From an uncultured Acidobacteriota bacterium (lineage in GTDB: Bacteria > Acidobacteriota > Vicinamibacteria > Fen-336): a stretch of 64,000 nt of DNA. The position numbers and the translations under genes were made by a program. The notes under the pieces were generated by a model. It saw nothing but the letters and a program-made list of their open reading frames with translations, was not told the origin of the DNA and searched no databases. The DNA is taken from NCBI GenBank assembly GCA_963720545.1, contig OY970399.1, forward strand, positions 1,760,001 to 1,824,000, given 5' to 3'. Each line of letters begins with the position of its first letter. The first letter of the stretch is position 1. Of the stretch, positions 28,334 to 37,278 are shown in pieces.

Positions 28334-30040
28334 ATGGCCCCGAGCGACAGCGACTTGAACGAGCTTTTCGGCGAGAAGGAGGCTACTCCTGCGTCCGAGG
28401 AGCCGCTCGTCACGCACGACCAGATCTTCGGCGAGATCCTGCGCGGACTAGGCGGCACTCCGTCGCCCACCGTGCGGCCGGGCGACGGCGAGGCGCCCAC
28501 CGGTCCGATCGCCGCGGCGCGTGCGCGCGGACCCGTGCGGGTGCAACTGGCCGAGCCGGTCGAAGGACGCCTGCAACGGCTCGAGACGCCGCAAAGCATC
28601 GAGCGCCTCGACGCCCTGATCGCCGAGTTCCGCGGGCGCGAAACGCGCGCCATTCATCCGCGGTCGAAAAAGACGGCGATCGCGCCGGTGGAGGAACTGC
28701 TCGGCCTCGACACCGCGGAGATGGCGCCGCCGCTTGCGCAGGGCCCGCCGAGCACGGAAACAGACATCCTCGACATGCTCGAGGCGGAGAAGCGCGCGCC
28801 GGAGGCCGACACCACGGCAGTCACCATCGCGCCCGGCGAGGAGACGCCGGCCGATGCCGCCGCGTCGCTCGTCGAGCTCGACCTCGCCGAACTCGTCGAG
28901 GATGCCGTCGCGGGCCGCAGGCCGTTCCTGCCGGCCGAACCGCTGAAGGGCGCTTACGGGCCGTACGAGCTCATCGAGCGCGTCGCGGTCGGCGGCATGG
29001 CCGAGGTGTATCGCGCTCGGCGCTCCGGGCCGGAAGGCTTCGCCAAGACCCTGGCGTTGAAGCGCATCCTCCCGCACCTCGCCACGCGCCCCGACTTCGT
29101 CGACTTGTTCGTCAACGAGGCGAAGATGGTCTCGCGCCTCGAACACCCCAACATCGTCGGCATCCAGGAGCTGGGCCGCACCGGGAACAGCTACTACATC
29201 GCCATGGAGTTCGTGAACGGCCAGGACCTGCGCGCCATCCTCGAGCGGCTGCGCAACCGCGGCCGCAAGATGCCGCTCGACATCGCGGTGTTCCTGGGCC
29301 GCAAGGTGTGCGCGGCGCTCGACTACGCGCACAAGGCGAAGCAGGACGACGGCTCGCCGGTCGGCATCGTGCACAGCGACATCAGCCCGCAGAACATCCT
29401 GGTCTCATACGAGGGCGAGGTGAAGCTCACCGACTTCGGCGTCGCCAAGGCCTCGAGCCGCGCCTCCGAAGGCGACGACGGGCTGCTGCGCGGCAAGCTC
29501 TTCTACATGAGCCCCGAGCAGGCGTCGGGCGAGCCGGTCGACCATCGCTCCGACATCTTTTCGCTCGGCATAGTGCTCTACGAGATGACGACCGGCGTGA
29601 AGCCGTTCTCCGGCGGCGACGAAGGTGCCCTCTACGCGGCCCTGCGCGGCGGCCGCGTGCAGGCGCCGTCGAACCTCAACGCCGGCATCCCCGACCGCCT
29701 GTCGGAGACCATCCTGAAGGCGCTGGAACGCGACCAGGACCATCGCTTCGAGGATGCGGCGGCGCTGTCGAAGGCGCTCGAGCGCAGCCTCGACGGCCCG
29801 GGCGTCGAAACGCCCGAGCTGGCGCGCTTCATGGAGCTTCTGTTCGACGACCGGCCGCGGCCCGCTGCGCCGCCGGCCCACGCCAGCCACGCGACCGGCA
29901 CGGGTTCGGTCGCGGTGGTGATCGAGGTGGACGACGGCACGGCCGGCGGCGAAGGCGTCGCCATGCCATCGCTCGAGCGCATCGCGACGGCGGAGCACGC
30001 CTCGACGATCAAGCGCGCATGGAAGAAGATCTTCGGCTAG
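28334..30040 (+). CDS. Hanks-type Ser/Thr protein kinase (non-RD) with an acidic N-terminal extension
   Basis: GGMAEVY, ALK, HSDISPQN, DFG, YMSPE, DIFSLG; no TM helix seen. Confidence 0.88.
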   Translation: MAPSDSDLNELFGEKEATPASEEPLVTHDQIFGEILRGLGGTPSPTVRPGDGEAPTGPIAAARARGPVRVQLAEPVEGRLQRLETPQSIERLDALIAEFRGRETRAIHPRSKKTAIAPVEELLGLDTAEMAPPLAQGPPSTETDILDMLEAEKRAPEADTTAVTIAPGEETPADAAASLVELDLAELVEDAVAGRRPFLPAEPLKGAYGPYELIERVAVGGMAEVYRARRSGPEGFAKTLALKRILPHLATRPDFVDLFVNEAKMVSRLEHPNIVGIQELGRTGNSYYIAMEFVNGQDLRAILERLRNRGRKMPLDIAVFLGRKVCAALDYAHKAKQDDGSPVGIVHSDISPQNILVSYEGEVKLTDFGVAKASSRASEGDDGLLRGKLFYMSPEQASGEPVDHRSDIFSLGIVLYEMTTGVKPFSGGDEGALYAALRGGRVQAPSNLNAGIPDRLSETILKALERDQDHRFEDAAALSKALERSLDGPGVETPELARFMELLFDDRPRPAAPPAHASHATGTGSVAVVIEVDDGTAGGEGVAMPSLERIATAEHASTIKRAWKKIFG

Positions 30041-30066
30041 AACCGGATTCAAAGGGAGACACACCA

Positions 30067-30309
30067 GTGGCGCTTTCCAGGGAACAAGAAGACTTCTATC
30101 GCCAGTCGCTGTCGATCACCCGCAGCCAGCTCGACGACCTCAACGGCCAGATCGAGGAAGAGCTCGCCAAGGTGCGCGAACGCCTGAGCGACCTGCAGAC
30201 GCAGAAGGAAGCGGCGCGGCAGATCTATGACGGCGCCTGCCGCATGCTCGGCATCGAGAACGACATCGAACAGGCCGATGCGGCGGCCGCGGCGGCCGTG
30301 CAGAGCTAG
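30067..30309 (+). CDS. Small coiled-coil hypothetical protein (80 aa)
   Basis: GGGAG RBS then GTG; heptad pattern LDDLNGQIEEELAKVRERLSDLQ. Confidence 0.75.
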   Translation: MALSREQEDFYRQSLSITRSQLDDLNGQIEEELAKVRERLSDLQTQKEAARQIYDGACRMLGIENDIEQADAAAAAAVQS

Positions 30310-30321
30310 GGCGGCCGCGAG

Positions 30322-31167
30322 TTGGCCTGGTTCCGGCGCGAACGCGCGCCGCTGCAGCGCAGCGACAAGGAGAGCCGCGTCCCCGAAGGACTGTGGGTCA
30401 AGTGTCCCGGCTGCAAGGAAATGCTCTACCGCAAGGAAGTGGTCCGCAACCTCCAGGTGTGCCCCAAGTGCGCGCACCATTTCCGGGTGACGGCGCGCGA
30501 GCGGCTCGACCTGCTGCTCGACCCGGGCTGGACCGAGTTCGACGCCGACCTGGTGAGCCTCGACCCGCTCGCGTTCCGCGACACCAAGGAATACAAGGCG
30601 CGCCTCATCGAGGCCAAGGCGAAGACGCGCAGCGCCGACGCCATCGTCACCGCCGAAGGCACCATGGAGGGCCGGGCGGTGGTGGTGGGCGCGATGGAGT
30701 ACAACTTCATCGGCGGCTCGATGGGCGTGGTGGTCGGCGAGAAGGTGACGCGCGCCATCGAGAAGGGATTCGCGACCCGGCGGCCGGTGATCGTGGTTTC
30801 GTGCTCGGGCGGTGCGCGCATGATGGAAGGCACTCTGTCGCTCATGCAGATGGCGAAGATCAGCGCCGCGCTCGCCCGCCTCGACAGCGCCTCGATCCCG
30901 TTCATCAGCGTGCTCACCGACCCCACCACCGGCGGCGTCACCGCTTCCTATGCGATGCTCGGCGACCTCAACGTGGCCGAGCCGAAGGCGCTCATCGGCT
31001 TCGCCGGACCGCGGGTGATCGAGCAGACCATCCGCCAGAAGCTGCCGGCGGGCTTCCAGCGCAGCGAGTTCCTGCTGCAGCACGGCATGCTCGACATGAT
31101 CGTCGACCGCCGCGAGATGAAGAAGACGGTCGCGCGCTGCCTCGACCTGCTGATCGACGTCGCGTGA
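30322..31167 (+). CDS. accD: Acetyl-CoA carboxylase carboxyltransferase beta subunit
   Basis: CPGC..CPKC zinc finger, GGSMG, SGGARMMEG, PTTGGV, GFAGPRVI. Confidence 0.96.
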   Translation: MAWFRRERAPLQRSDKESRVPEGLWVKCPGCKEMLYRKEVVRNLQVCPKCAHHFRVTARERLDLLLDPGWTEFDADLVSLDPLAFRDTKEYKARLIEAKAKTRSADAIVTAEGTMEGRAVVVGAMEYNFIGGSMGVVVGEKVTRAIEKGFATRRPVIVVSCSGGARMMEGTLSLMQMAKISAALARLDSASIPFISVLTDPTTGGVTASYAMLGDLNVAEPKALIGFAGPRVIEQTIRQKLPAGFQRSEFLLQHGMLDMIVDRREMKKTVARCLDLLIDVA

Positions 31168-31565
31168 CGCAAGGAGGCGCCGCCGCGCCTCTGACTCTCC
31201 TGCTCCTGCCCGGCCGCGTGGCGGTCGCGCGCCTCGGTCCTCTCGAGCCGATACCCGCGTGGGCCGCCACGCAGCCCTTCTTCTCGATCACCCGCACTGC
31301 CGGCGAGCTGTCGATCGCGTGTGCGGAGCACGCGGTGCCGCAAGGTGTGGTCGCCGAGCGCGGCTGGCGGATGCTGCAGGTGCAGGGCGTCCTCGACTTT
31401 GCCCTGGTCGGCATCCTCGCAAGCCTCGCAGCACCGCTGGCACAGGCCGGCATCTCGATCTTTTCCGTGTCCACGTTCGACACCGACGCGGTGCTGGTAA
31501 AAGAGGACAAGAGGGCGCAGGCCATCGCCGCGCTGCGCGCGGCGGGCCATCAAGTGATCGAGTGA
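31164..31565 (+). CDS. ACT-domain protein (CASTOR/ACT_7-like)
   Basis: SITRTAGELSI, LDFALVGILA, ISIFSVSTFDTD; GTGA overlap with accD. Confidence 0.85.
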   Translation: MTQGGAAAPLTLLLLPGRVAVARLGPLEPIPAWAATQPFFSITRTAGELSIACAEHAVPQGVVAERGWRMLQVQGVLDFALVGILASLAAPLAQAGISIFSVSTFDTDAVLVKEDKRAQAIAALRAAGHQVIE

Positions 31566-32392
31566 GGCCAGAGCGTTTCAGCGCGTTCGTGCTCGCCGGC
31601 GCAGTGGCGGTTGCCGCCGCGACGGTGCTGGTCGCGACGCGCGGGGAGGACGTCGCGACCGCGGCCGCGCTGCCTGCAGGCGCGCGCCGGCCGCTGCCGC
31701 CGTCGGCACAGCGGACGCTGATGCTGCGCGGTGGAACCGCCGCGGAGCCGCTGCGCTTCCTGCTCTCGCTGCCGAGCGGCTATGAGGAAGGCACCGGGCT
31801 CTGGCCGATGATCCTCTACCTGCATGGCCGCTCGCGGCGCGGCAACGACCTCGCCACCCTGCGGCAGTTCAGCCTGCCGGCGGTCGTGGACCGGCGCGAT
31901 ATCCCTTTCATCGTCGTCTCGCCGCAGTGCCCCGACGGCAAGTCGTGGCTGGACGTCACCGGGTTCGACTCGCTCCTCGACACCCTGGTCAAGACCTGGC
32001 GCATCGATCCAGCGCGCATTTACCTCACCGGCCACAGCATGGGCGGTTCCGGCGTCTGGTACGTCGCGCAGAAATACCCGCACCGCTTCGCCGCCATCGC
32101 GCCGGTGGCCGGCGGGCAGGTGCCGCTCGCGTGGGCCGCGCGGCTTGGCGACACGCCGGTCTTCATCCTGCACGGCGACGAGGACGACCTGACACCGATC
32201 CGCTACGCCCGCGAAATCGCCGGCGCGCTCGAGAAGGCCGGCCATGCGCCGCAATTCAGGGTGTTTCCCGGCGAAGGCCACGACATCCTGCATGTCTACG
32301 AAGAGCCCGAGATCTATGACTTTTTCCGCGCCCACAGCCTGGCGGGCGCGCAGCACGCGGCGCCTGCGGAGGTCGTCGACCCGCGGCCTTGA
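31562..32392 (+). CDS. Exported alpha/beta hydrolase (phospholipase/carboxylesterase/predicted peptidase)
   Basis: PMILYLHG, VSPQCP, GHSMGG, HGDED, GEGH. Confidence 0.85.
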   Translation: MRPERFSAFVLAGAVAVAAATVLVATRGEDVATAAALPAGARRPLPPSAQRTLMLRGGTAAEPLRFLLSLPSGYEEGTGLWPMILYLHGRSRRGNDLATLRQFSLPAVVDRRDIPFIVVSPQCPDGKSWLDVTGFDSLLDTLVKTWRIDPARIYLTGHSMGGSGVWYVAQKYPHRFAAIAPVAGGQVPLAWAARLGDTPVFILHGDEDDLTPIRYAREIAGALEKAGHAPQFRVFPGEGHDILHVYEEPEIYDFFRAHSLAGAQHAAPAEVVDPRP

Positions 32393-32396
32393 AACG

Positions 32397-32425
32397 TTGA
32401 CAGCCCAGGGCCCCGCCCATAACAT
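32397..32425 (+). promoter_or_regulatory. Sigma70-type promoter TTGACA-17-TAACAT
   Basis: Perfect -35, 17-bp spacer; ATG lies 10 nt after the -10. Confidence 0.72.
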
Positions 32426-32435
32426 CGTGGGCCCA

Positions 32436-32690
32436 ATGTTCCACCTCATAGGCCAGGCGTTTTTCGGACTGTGCGTCGGCATCATCGCCAAGATCCTGAT
32501 GCCCGGGAAGGATCCCGGCGGCATCATCGTCACGGCGCTCATCGGCATGGCTGGCTCGCTCGTCGGCACGTTCGCCGGCCGCGCCCTCCTGCACAGCCCC
32601 GAATACTCGGCCGGGTGGCCCGCGGCGATCGTCGGCGCCATCGCCATACTGCTCCTCTACCGCTTGTTCGGGGGCGGCAAGAAATCCTGA
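32436..32690 (+). CDS. GlsB/YeaQ/YmgE (transglycosylase-associated) small membrane protein
   Basis: GIIAKILMPGKDPGG..IGMAGSLVG..AIVGAIAILLLYR. Confidence 0.88.
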   Translation: MFHLIGQAFFGLCVGIIAKILMPGKDPGGIIVTALIGMAGSLVGTFAGRALLHSPEYSAGWPAAIVGAIAILLLYRLFGGGKKS

Positions 32691-33340
32691 GCGGCTTCGT
32701 CGGCGCGTTCGCGGCCGCGCTGGCCGCGGCCGCCGCCGGTACCCTGTCTCAAGGACCGCCGATCGAGAAGGGGCCGTTTCGCAAGGCCGACCTCGTCGAG
32801 TTGCAGCGGCTCGATGCCACCATCCGCCTCGACATCCGCTATGCCACCGCCAACAACTTCGTCGGCAGGCCGGTCTACGCCGAAGCGCGCGCGTTCCTGC
32901 AGCGGCCGGCGGCCGAGGCCCTGCTGCGGGCGCACCGCGCGCTCGCGGCCAGCGGCTACGGGCTGCTGATCTTCGACGGCTACCGGCCGTGGCGGGTCAC
33001 GAAGCTCTTCTGGGACTCGGTGTCGGGCCGCAAGCGCGAGTTCGTCGCCGACCCGAAGAAGGGCTCGAAACACAACCGCGGCTGCGCCGTGGACCTGTCG
33101 CTCTACGACCTCGAGACGGGCGCGGAAGTGGCGATGCCGAGCGCCTACGACGAAATGACCGACCGCTCCGACCCCGCTTACGGCGGCGGCACCGCAGCGC
33201 AGTCGAAGGCCCGCGACCTGCTGCGCGGCGCGATGGAGGCACAGGGGTTCAGAGTCGAAGCGAACGAATGGTGGCATTTCAACTACCGGGACTGGCCCCG
33301 CTACCCCATCCTCGACGTCCCGTTCGACGCGATCCGCTAG
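32687..33340 (+). CDS. D-alanyl-D-alanine dipeptidase (M15D, VanX/DdpX family), probably exported
   Basis: DIRYATANNF, FDGYRP, SKHNRGCAVD, EWWHF; start uncertain (CTG at 32687 inferred). Confidence 0.85.
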   Translation: MSGFVGAFAAALAAAAAGTLSQGPPIEKGPFRKADLVELQRLDATIRLDIRYATANNFVGRPVYAEARAFLQRPAAEALLRAHRALAASGYGLLIFDGYRPWRVTKLFWDSVSGRKREFVADPKKGSKHNRGCAVDLSLYDLETGAEVAMPSAYDEMTDRSDPAYGGGTAAQSKARDLLRGAMEAQGFRVEANEWWHFNYRDWPRYPILDVPFDAIR

Positions 33341-33364
33341 ACTCTTTTCACGGAGGTTCCTTTC

Positions 33365-34009
33365 ATGGGCAAGATCGGTGTACTGGGCTGCCTCGGCATA
33401 GTCGTCGCGCTCGCGGTCGTCCTCGGGCTCGCTGCCATGGGCATCAACAACAACCTCGTCGGCCTCGGCCAGGGCGTCGATGCCCAGTGGGCGAACGTCG
33501 AGAACTCCTACCAGCGGCGCGCCGACCTCATCCCGAACCTGGTCTCGACGGTGCAGGGTGCCGCCAACTTCGAGCGCTCGACGCTCGAAGCGGTGGTGCA
33601 GGCGCGCGCCAGCGTCGGCCAGATGAAGGTCACGCCCGAGGTCCTGAACGACCCGGCCGCCTTCCAGCGTTTCCAGCAGTCGCAGGACGCTCTCTCCGGA
33701 GCGCTGCAGCGCCTGATGGTGGTGGTGGAGCAGTATCCCGACCTCAAGGCGAACGCGAACTTCCGCGACCTGCAGGCGCAGCTCGAGGGCACGGAAAACC
33801 GCATCGCCGTGGAGCGCGGCCGCTACAACGAGACGGCGCAGGCGTACAACACCACGCTCCTCAAGTTCCCGACCAACCTGTTCGCCCGCTTCCTGGGCTT
33901 CAAGGAGAAGGCGTATTTCCACTCCGCGGCCGGCGCCGACCAGGCGCCGAAGGTGAACTTCAACTTCGGCTCGCCGACGCCCGCGCCCGCGACCACGCCC
34001 GCGCAGTAG
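33365..34009 (+). CDS. lemA: LemA-family protein
   Basis: YQRRADLIPNLV, YPDLKA, LEGTENRIAVER; GGAGG RBS. Confidence 0.95.
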   Translation: MGKIGVLGCLGIVVALAVVLGLAAMGINNNLVGLGQGVDAQWANVENSYQRRADLIPNLVSTVQGAANFERSTLEAVVQARASVGQMKVTPEVLNDPAAFQRFQQSQDALSGALQRLMVVVEQYPDLKANANFRDLQAQLEGTENRIAVERGRYNETAQAYNTTLLKFPTNLFARFLGFKEKAYFHSAAGADQAPKVNFNFGSPTPAPATTPAQ

Positions 34010-34025
34010 TCGAGCAAGCGCGGCC

Positions 34026-34793
34026 GTGATCCGACGCCTCGCGGCGGCGGCGGCGATCCTGTTCGCCGTCGCCCCGCGGCTCGCCCTTTCCGCAGACGTC
34101 ATCCCGCCGAAGCCGCGGGCGTACTTCAACGACTACGCGTCGCTGTTGACGCCCGGGGACGCGCAGCGGCTCGACGCGAAGCTGCGCGAATTCGACCGCA
34201 CCACCTCGAGCCAGATCGTGGTCGCGATCTTTCCCGAGCTGCCCTCGCAGTCGCTCGAAGACTTCACGGTGCGCACCGCGCAGGCCTGGGGGGCCGGCAC
34301 CGCGAAGCAGGACAACGGTGCGATCCTGTTCGTTTTCCTCAAGGACCGGTTGATCCGCATCGAAACCGGCTACGGCCTGGAAGGCGCCCTGCCGGACGTG
34401 GTGGCGAAGCGGATCGTCGCCGACGAGATGGCGCCGCTGCTGCGCGCCGGCCAGCCTGGCGCCGCCATGGAACGCGCGATCGACGCGATGATGGCGGCGA
34501 CCCGGGGCGAGTACACGGCGGAAAACCGGCCGCCATCGCGCGTTGAGGGGCTGCTGCCGCTGCTCTTCATCCTCGTGATCATGGTGACGTTCCTGTGGCT
34601 CGCGCGCCGCGGCCACGGCTCGCGCACCTATCACCGCGGCGGCTACTGGAACTGGCCGGGAGGCGGCTGGGGCAGCGGCGGCGGCGGATTTTCCGGCGGG
34701 GGCTTCGGCGGCTTCGGCGGCGGTGGCGGCGGTGGTGGATTTTCCGGCGGCGGCGGTTCCTTCGGCGGCGGCGGCGCGTCGGGAAGCTGGTAG
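34026..34793 (+). CDS. TPM-domain protein (YgcG-like) with a Gly-rich tail
   Basis: DNGAIL, RIETGYGLEGALPD, C-terminal GGGSFGGGGASGSW. Confidence 0.92.
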   Translation: MIRRLAAAAAILFAVAPRLALSADVIPPKPRAYFNDYASLLTPGDAQRLDAKLREFDRTTSSQIVVAIFPELPSQSLEDFTVRTAQAWGAGTAKQDNGAILFVFLKDRLIRIETGYGLEGALPDVVAKRIVADEMAPLLRAGQPGAAMERAIDAMMAATRGEYTAENRPPSRVEGLLPLLFILVIMVTFLWLARRGHGSRTYHRGGYWNWPGGGWGSGGGGFSGGGFGGFGGGGGGGGFSGGGGSFGGGGASGSW

Positions 34794-34796
34794 ACC

Positions 34797-35243
34797 ATGA
34801 ACACCAACGAATTCATCCACGACCTCGACCAGCGGCGCATCGTCGCCGCGATCCGTGAAGCGGAGTCCCGGAGCCGCGGCGAGATCCGCGTGCACATCGA
34901 CTCGCACGCGGTCGCCGACCCGCGCCCGGCCGCGTTCACGATTTTCCAGAAGCTCGGCATCGCCAACACCGCCGCAAAGAACGGCGTCCTGATCTTCATC
35001 GCCCCGCAGACCACGCGCTTCGCGGTCATGGGCGACACCGCGATCGACGACCTGGTCGGCGAATCGTTCTGGGTCGAGTGCGCGGAATCGCTCGAAGGCT
35101 CATTCGCCGGCGGCGACTACACCAAAGGCATCGTCTCGGTCATCGAGAAGGTCGGCAGAGCGCTCGCCACTCACTTCCCCCGCCGCCCCGGCGAGGAGGA
35201 CGAGAACGAGCTCCCGGACTCGATCTCGACGAGCTGGTCCTAG
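34797..35243 (+). CDS. TPM-domain protein (short form)
   Basis: AESRSRGEIRVHI, NGVLIF, NELPD. Confidence 0.88.
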   Translation: MNTNEFIHDLDQRRIVAAIREAESRSRGEIRVHIDSHAVADPRPAAFTIFQKLGIANTAAKNGVLIFIAPQTTRFAVMGDTAIDDLVGESFWVECAESLEGSFAGGDYTKGIVSVIEKVGRALATHFPRRPGEEDENELPDSISTSWS

Positions 35244-36043
35244 CGGCCCTTCCTGACGGTGGCCGCGGCGATGTTGTCGATGACCCCTGGGGCCACGAGC
35301 TTGACGAAGCGGCCGAGCTTGCCCTTCAGCGTCATGGTGAGCTGGCGCTGCCGCTTCGCCATCGCCGGCACGATGGCGGCCGCGCATTCGGCGGCGGTCA
35401 TGAGCTTGTCTTCCTGCATCGTGCTGTGGCCGAGCTCCCGGCCGTCGTTGCCGATCGCGCGGCGGTGGATCTCGGACTGCACGTAGTAAGGGGCGATCAT
35501 AGTCACCGCGACGCCGCTGCCGCGCAGCTCGATGCGCAGCGAATCGAAGAAGCCGAAGAGCGCGTGCTTCGAGGCGGAGTAGGCGGTGCGCGTCGGCACC
35601 CCTGTCAGGCCGGCGAGGCTCGCGACCGTCACGATCTGGCCGCGGCTCTTCTTGAGGTGCGGCAGCGCGTAGTAGGTCGGGTAGACGCAGCCGAGGTAGT
35701 TCACCTTCATGATGCGCTCGTATACGGAGAGGTCGGTGGTCTCGTCGAAGCGGGCGATCTGGCCGATGCCGGCGTTGTTGAGCAGCACGTCGAGGGCGCC
35801 GAAGCGGGCCACGGCCTGTTCGACGAGGTTGCGGCACGACGCTTCGACGGCGACATCCACCGGCACGACGGCGGTCGCGGCACCCTTTGCGGCGCATTCC
35901 GCCGCCACCAGCTCGAGAGCCGCGTGGTCGCGTGCAGCCAGCACCAGGCGCGGCTTCTGCACGGCGAGCGCCAGGCAAAGGGCCTTGCCGATGCCCTGCG
36001 ACGCCCCGGTCACCACCACGACCTTGTCCTGGTAAACGCTCAC
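35240..36043 (-). CDS. SDR-family oxidoreductase
   Basis: TGASQGIG, NNAG, YSASK; GGAGG RBS before GTG 36043. Confidence 0.92.
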   Translation of the reverse strand: MSVYQDKVVVVTGASQGIGKALCLALAVQKPRLVLAARDHAALELVAAECAAKGAATAVVPVDVAVEASCRNLVEQAVARFGALDVLLNNAGIGQIARFDETTDLSVYERIMKVNYLGCVYPTYYALPHLKKSRGQIVTVASLAGLTGVPTRTAYSASKHALFGFFDSLRIELRGSGVAVTMIAPYYVQSEIHRRAIGNDGRELGHSTMQEDKLMTAAECAAAIVPAMAKRQRQLTMTLKGKLGRFVKLVAPGVIDNIAAATVRKGR

Positions 36044-36082
36044 CTGTCGCCTCCGGGTCATGAGTGTAATGTCGATGCGAGG

Positions 36083-36448
36083 ATGCCGTCGACCGAAGGA
36101 GCGTTCGCGAGGCTGCGGGACGTCTGGCGCCGCAGGACCACGCGCCCGCTCGACGAAACCACGGCCTGGGCGTGCCTGGTCGCGAACCTGCTGCTGTGGC
36201 CCGGCCTGGGCGGCGCGGCGCTGCGCGAGACGGACGGCTTCCTGCAGATGCTCCTCAGCTTTGCCGCGGGCGTGGTCGCCATCGTCTCGGGCGTGCGCAT
36301 CATCGCCGGTGCCCTCGGCGGCGGCGATCCCGACACGCTCTGGCCGCTGCTGCGCGCCATGACGTTGGGGCTCGGCGCCTTCGCGCTGGTCTGGCTGTGG
36401 GCGCTCGTCTCGAGCCTGCGCCTGGTGCGCGAGTCGAAGACGCGTTAG
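36083..36448 (+). CDS. Hypothetical membrane protein
   Basis: About 3 hydrophobic helices; fills the gap between the SDR and DDAH genes. Confidence 0.65.
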   Translation: MPSTEGAFARLRDVWRRRTTRPLDETTAWACLVANLLLWPGLGGAALRETDGFLQMLLSFAAGVVAIVSGVRIIAGALGGGDPDTLWPLLRAMTLGLGAFALVWLWALVSSLRLVRESKTR

Positions 36449-37242
36449 GCGGCTTCGGGGCCGCCCACCGGATGGGCGAAGATCAGGCTCTTGCAGGTGA
36501 CGGCGGCTTCGGCCTTGATGAACTCGGAGACGTCCACCGTCACCACCCGGTGGCCGCGCGCCTCCAGCAGGTCGCGGGTGCGCGGGTAGCCGGAGTGCGC
36601 CAGCAGCGACGGGCCGATGCGCGCCACGTTGGCGCCACCCTCCTCGCCGCGCGGCACGTCCACGACCTCGATGTCGGCGCCGAGCGCCACGGCATCGAAC
36701 CACGCGCGGTTGGCGAGCACGGTGTCGTTGTCGATGGCGGTGACGGCGCTCTTCAGGTGCAGGCAGCCGGAGACCTCCACCGCGGTGACGACGTAGCCGC
36801 GGCTTTGCACCAGGCTGCGCAGCGACTGGATGCCCTCGTCGGTGGTGCGCTGCGTGCGCCCGACGAAGATGCGCTTGCCCATCACCAGCACGTCGCCGCC
36901 GTCGAGCGTGCCGGGCGGGCCGATTGCCGCGATCACGGCGCGAAACGGCGACAGCGCGTCGCCCACCGACGACGACTCGCCGCGGCGCGAGACCGCACCC
37001 ATGCGCGTCAGCACCGCCAGCTCGTCGAACACCAGTGCCGCGTCCTCGACAAAGCAGGCGTCGGCGTGGCCTGGCAGCGCCGGCATGCGGATGACCTCGA
37101 CGCCCAGCGAGCGCAGCGCGTCGCAGTAGGCGTTGTGCTGCGCCGCGGCCAGCTCGATGTCGATCGGTTCGCGCTCGCGGTAGGTGAGCTCGCACGACGT
37201 CGCCAGCTCCGGCGAGACGTCCCTGGTCAGCGCGAGGATCAT
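36445..37242 (-). CDS. ddaH: Dimethylarginine dimethylaminohydrolase (amidinotransferase family)
   Basis: QH..Y, FVEDAA, RRGE, LDGGD, LHLKS, C-terminal catalytic Cys in AVTCKS. Confidence 0.88.
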   Translation of the reverse strand: MILALTRDVSPELATSCELTYREREPIDIELAAAQHNAYCDALRSLGVEVIRMPALPGHADACFVEDAALVFDELAVLTRMGAVSRRGESSSVGDALSPFRAVIAAIGPPGTLDGGDVLVMGKRIFVGRTQRTTDEGIQSLRSLVQSRGYVVTAVEVSGCLHLKSAVTAIDNDTVLANRAWFDAVALGADIEVVDVPRGEEGGANVARIGPSLLAHSGYPRTRDLLEARGHRVVTVDVSEFIKAEAAVTCKSLIFAHPVGGPEAA

Positions 37243-37253
37243 GGGAGTGCCAG

Positions 37254-37270
37254 ATTGTAGCTGCTAGCAT
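37254..37270. promoter_or_regulatory. Back-to-back -10 elements: TACAAT (minus, 37259-37254) and extended TGcTAGCAT (plus, 37262-37270)
   Basis: 36-bp divergent spacer; each -10 lies within ~11 nt of its start codon. Confidence 0.5.
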
Positions 37271-37278
37271 TCGCTTTC

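Noticed and set aside
34660..34790. GGC-rich low-complexity tract
   Set aside because: It encodes the normal Gly-rich tail of YgcG/TPM proteins and is not an independent repeat element.
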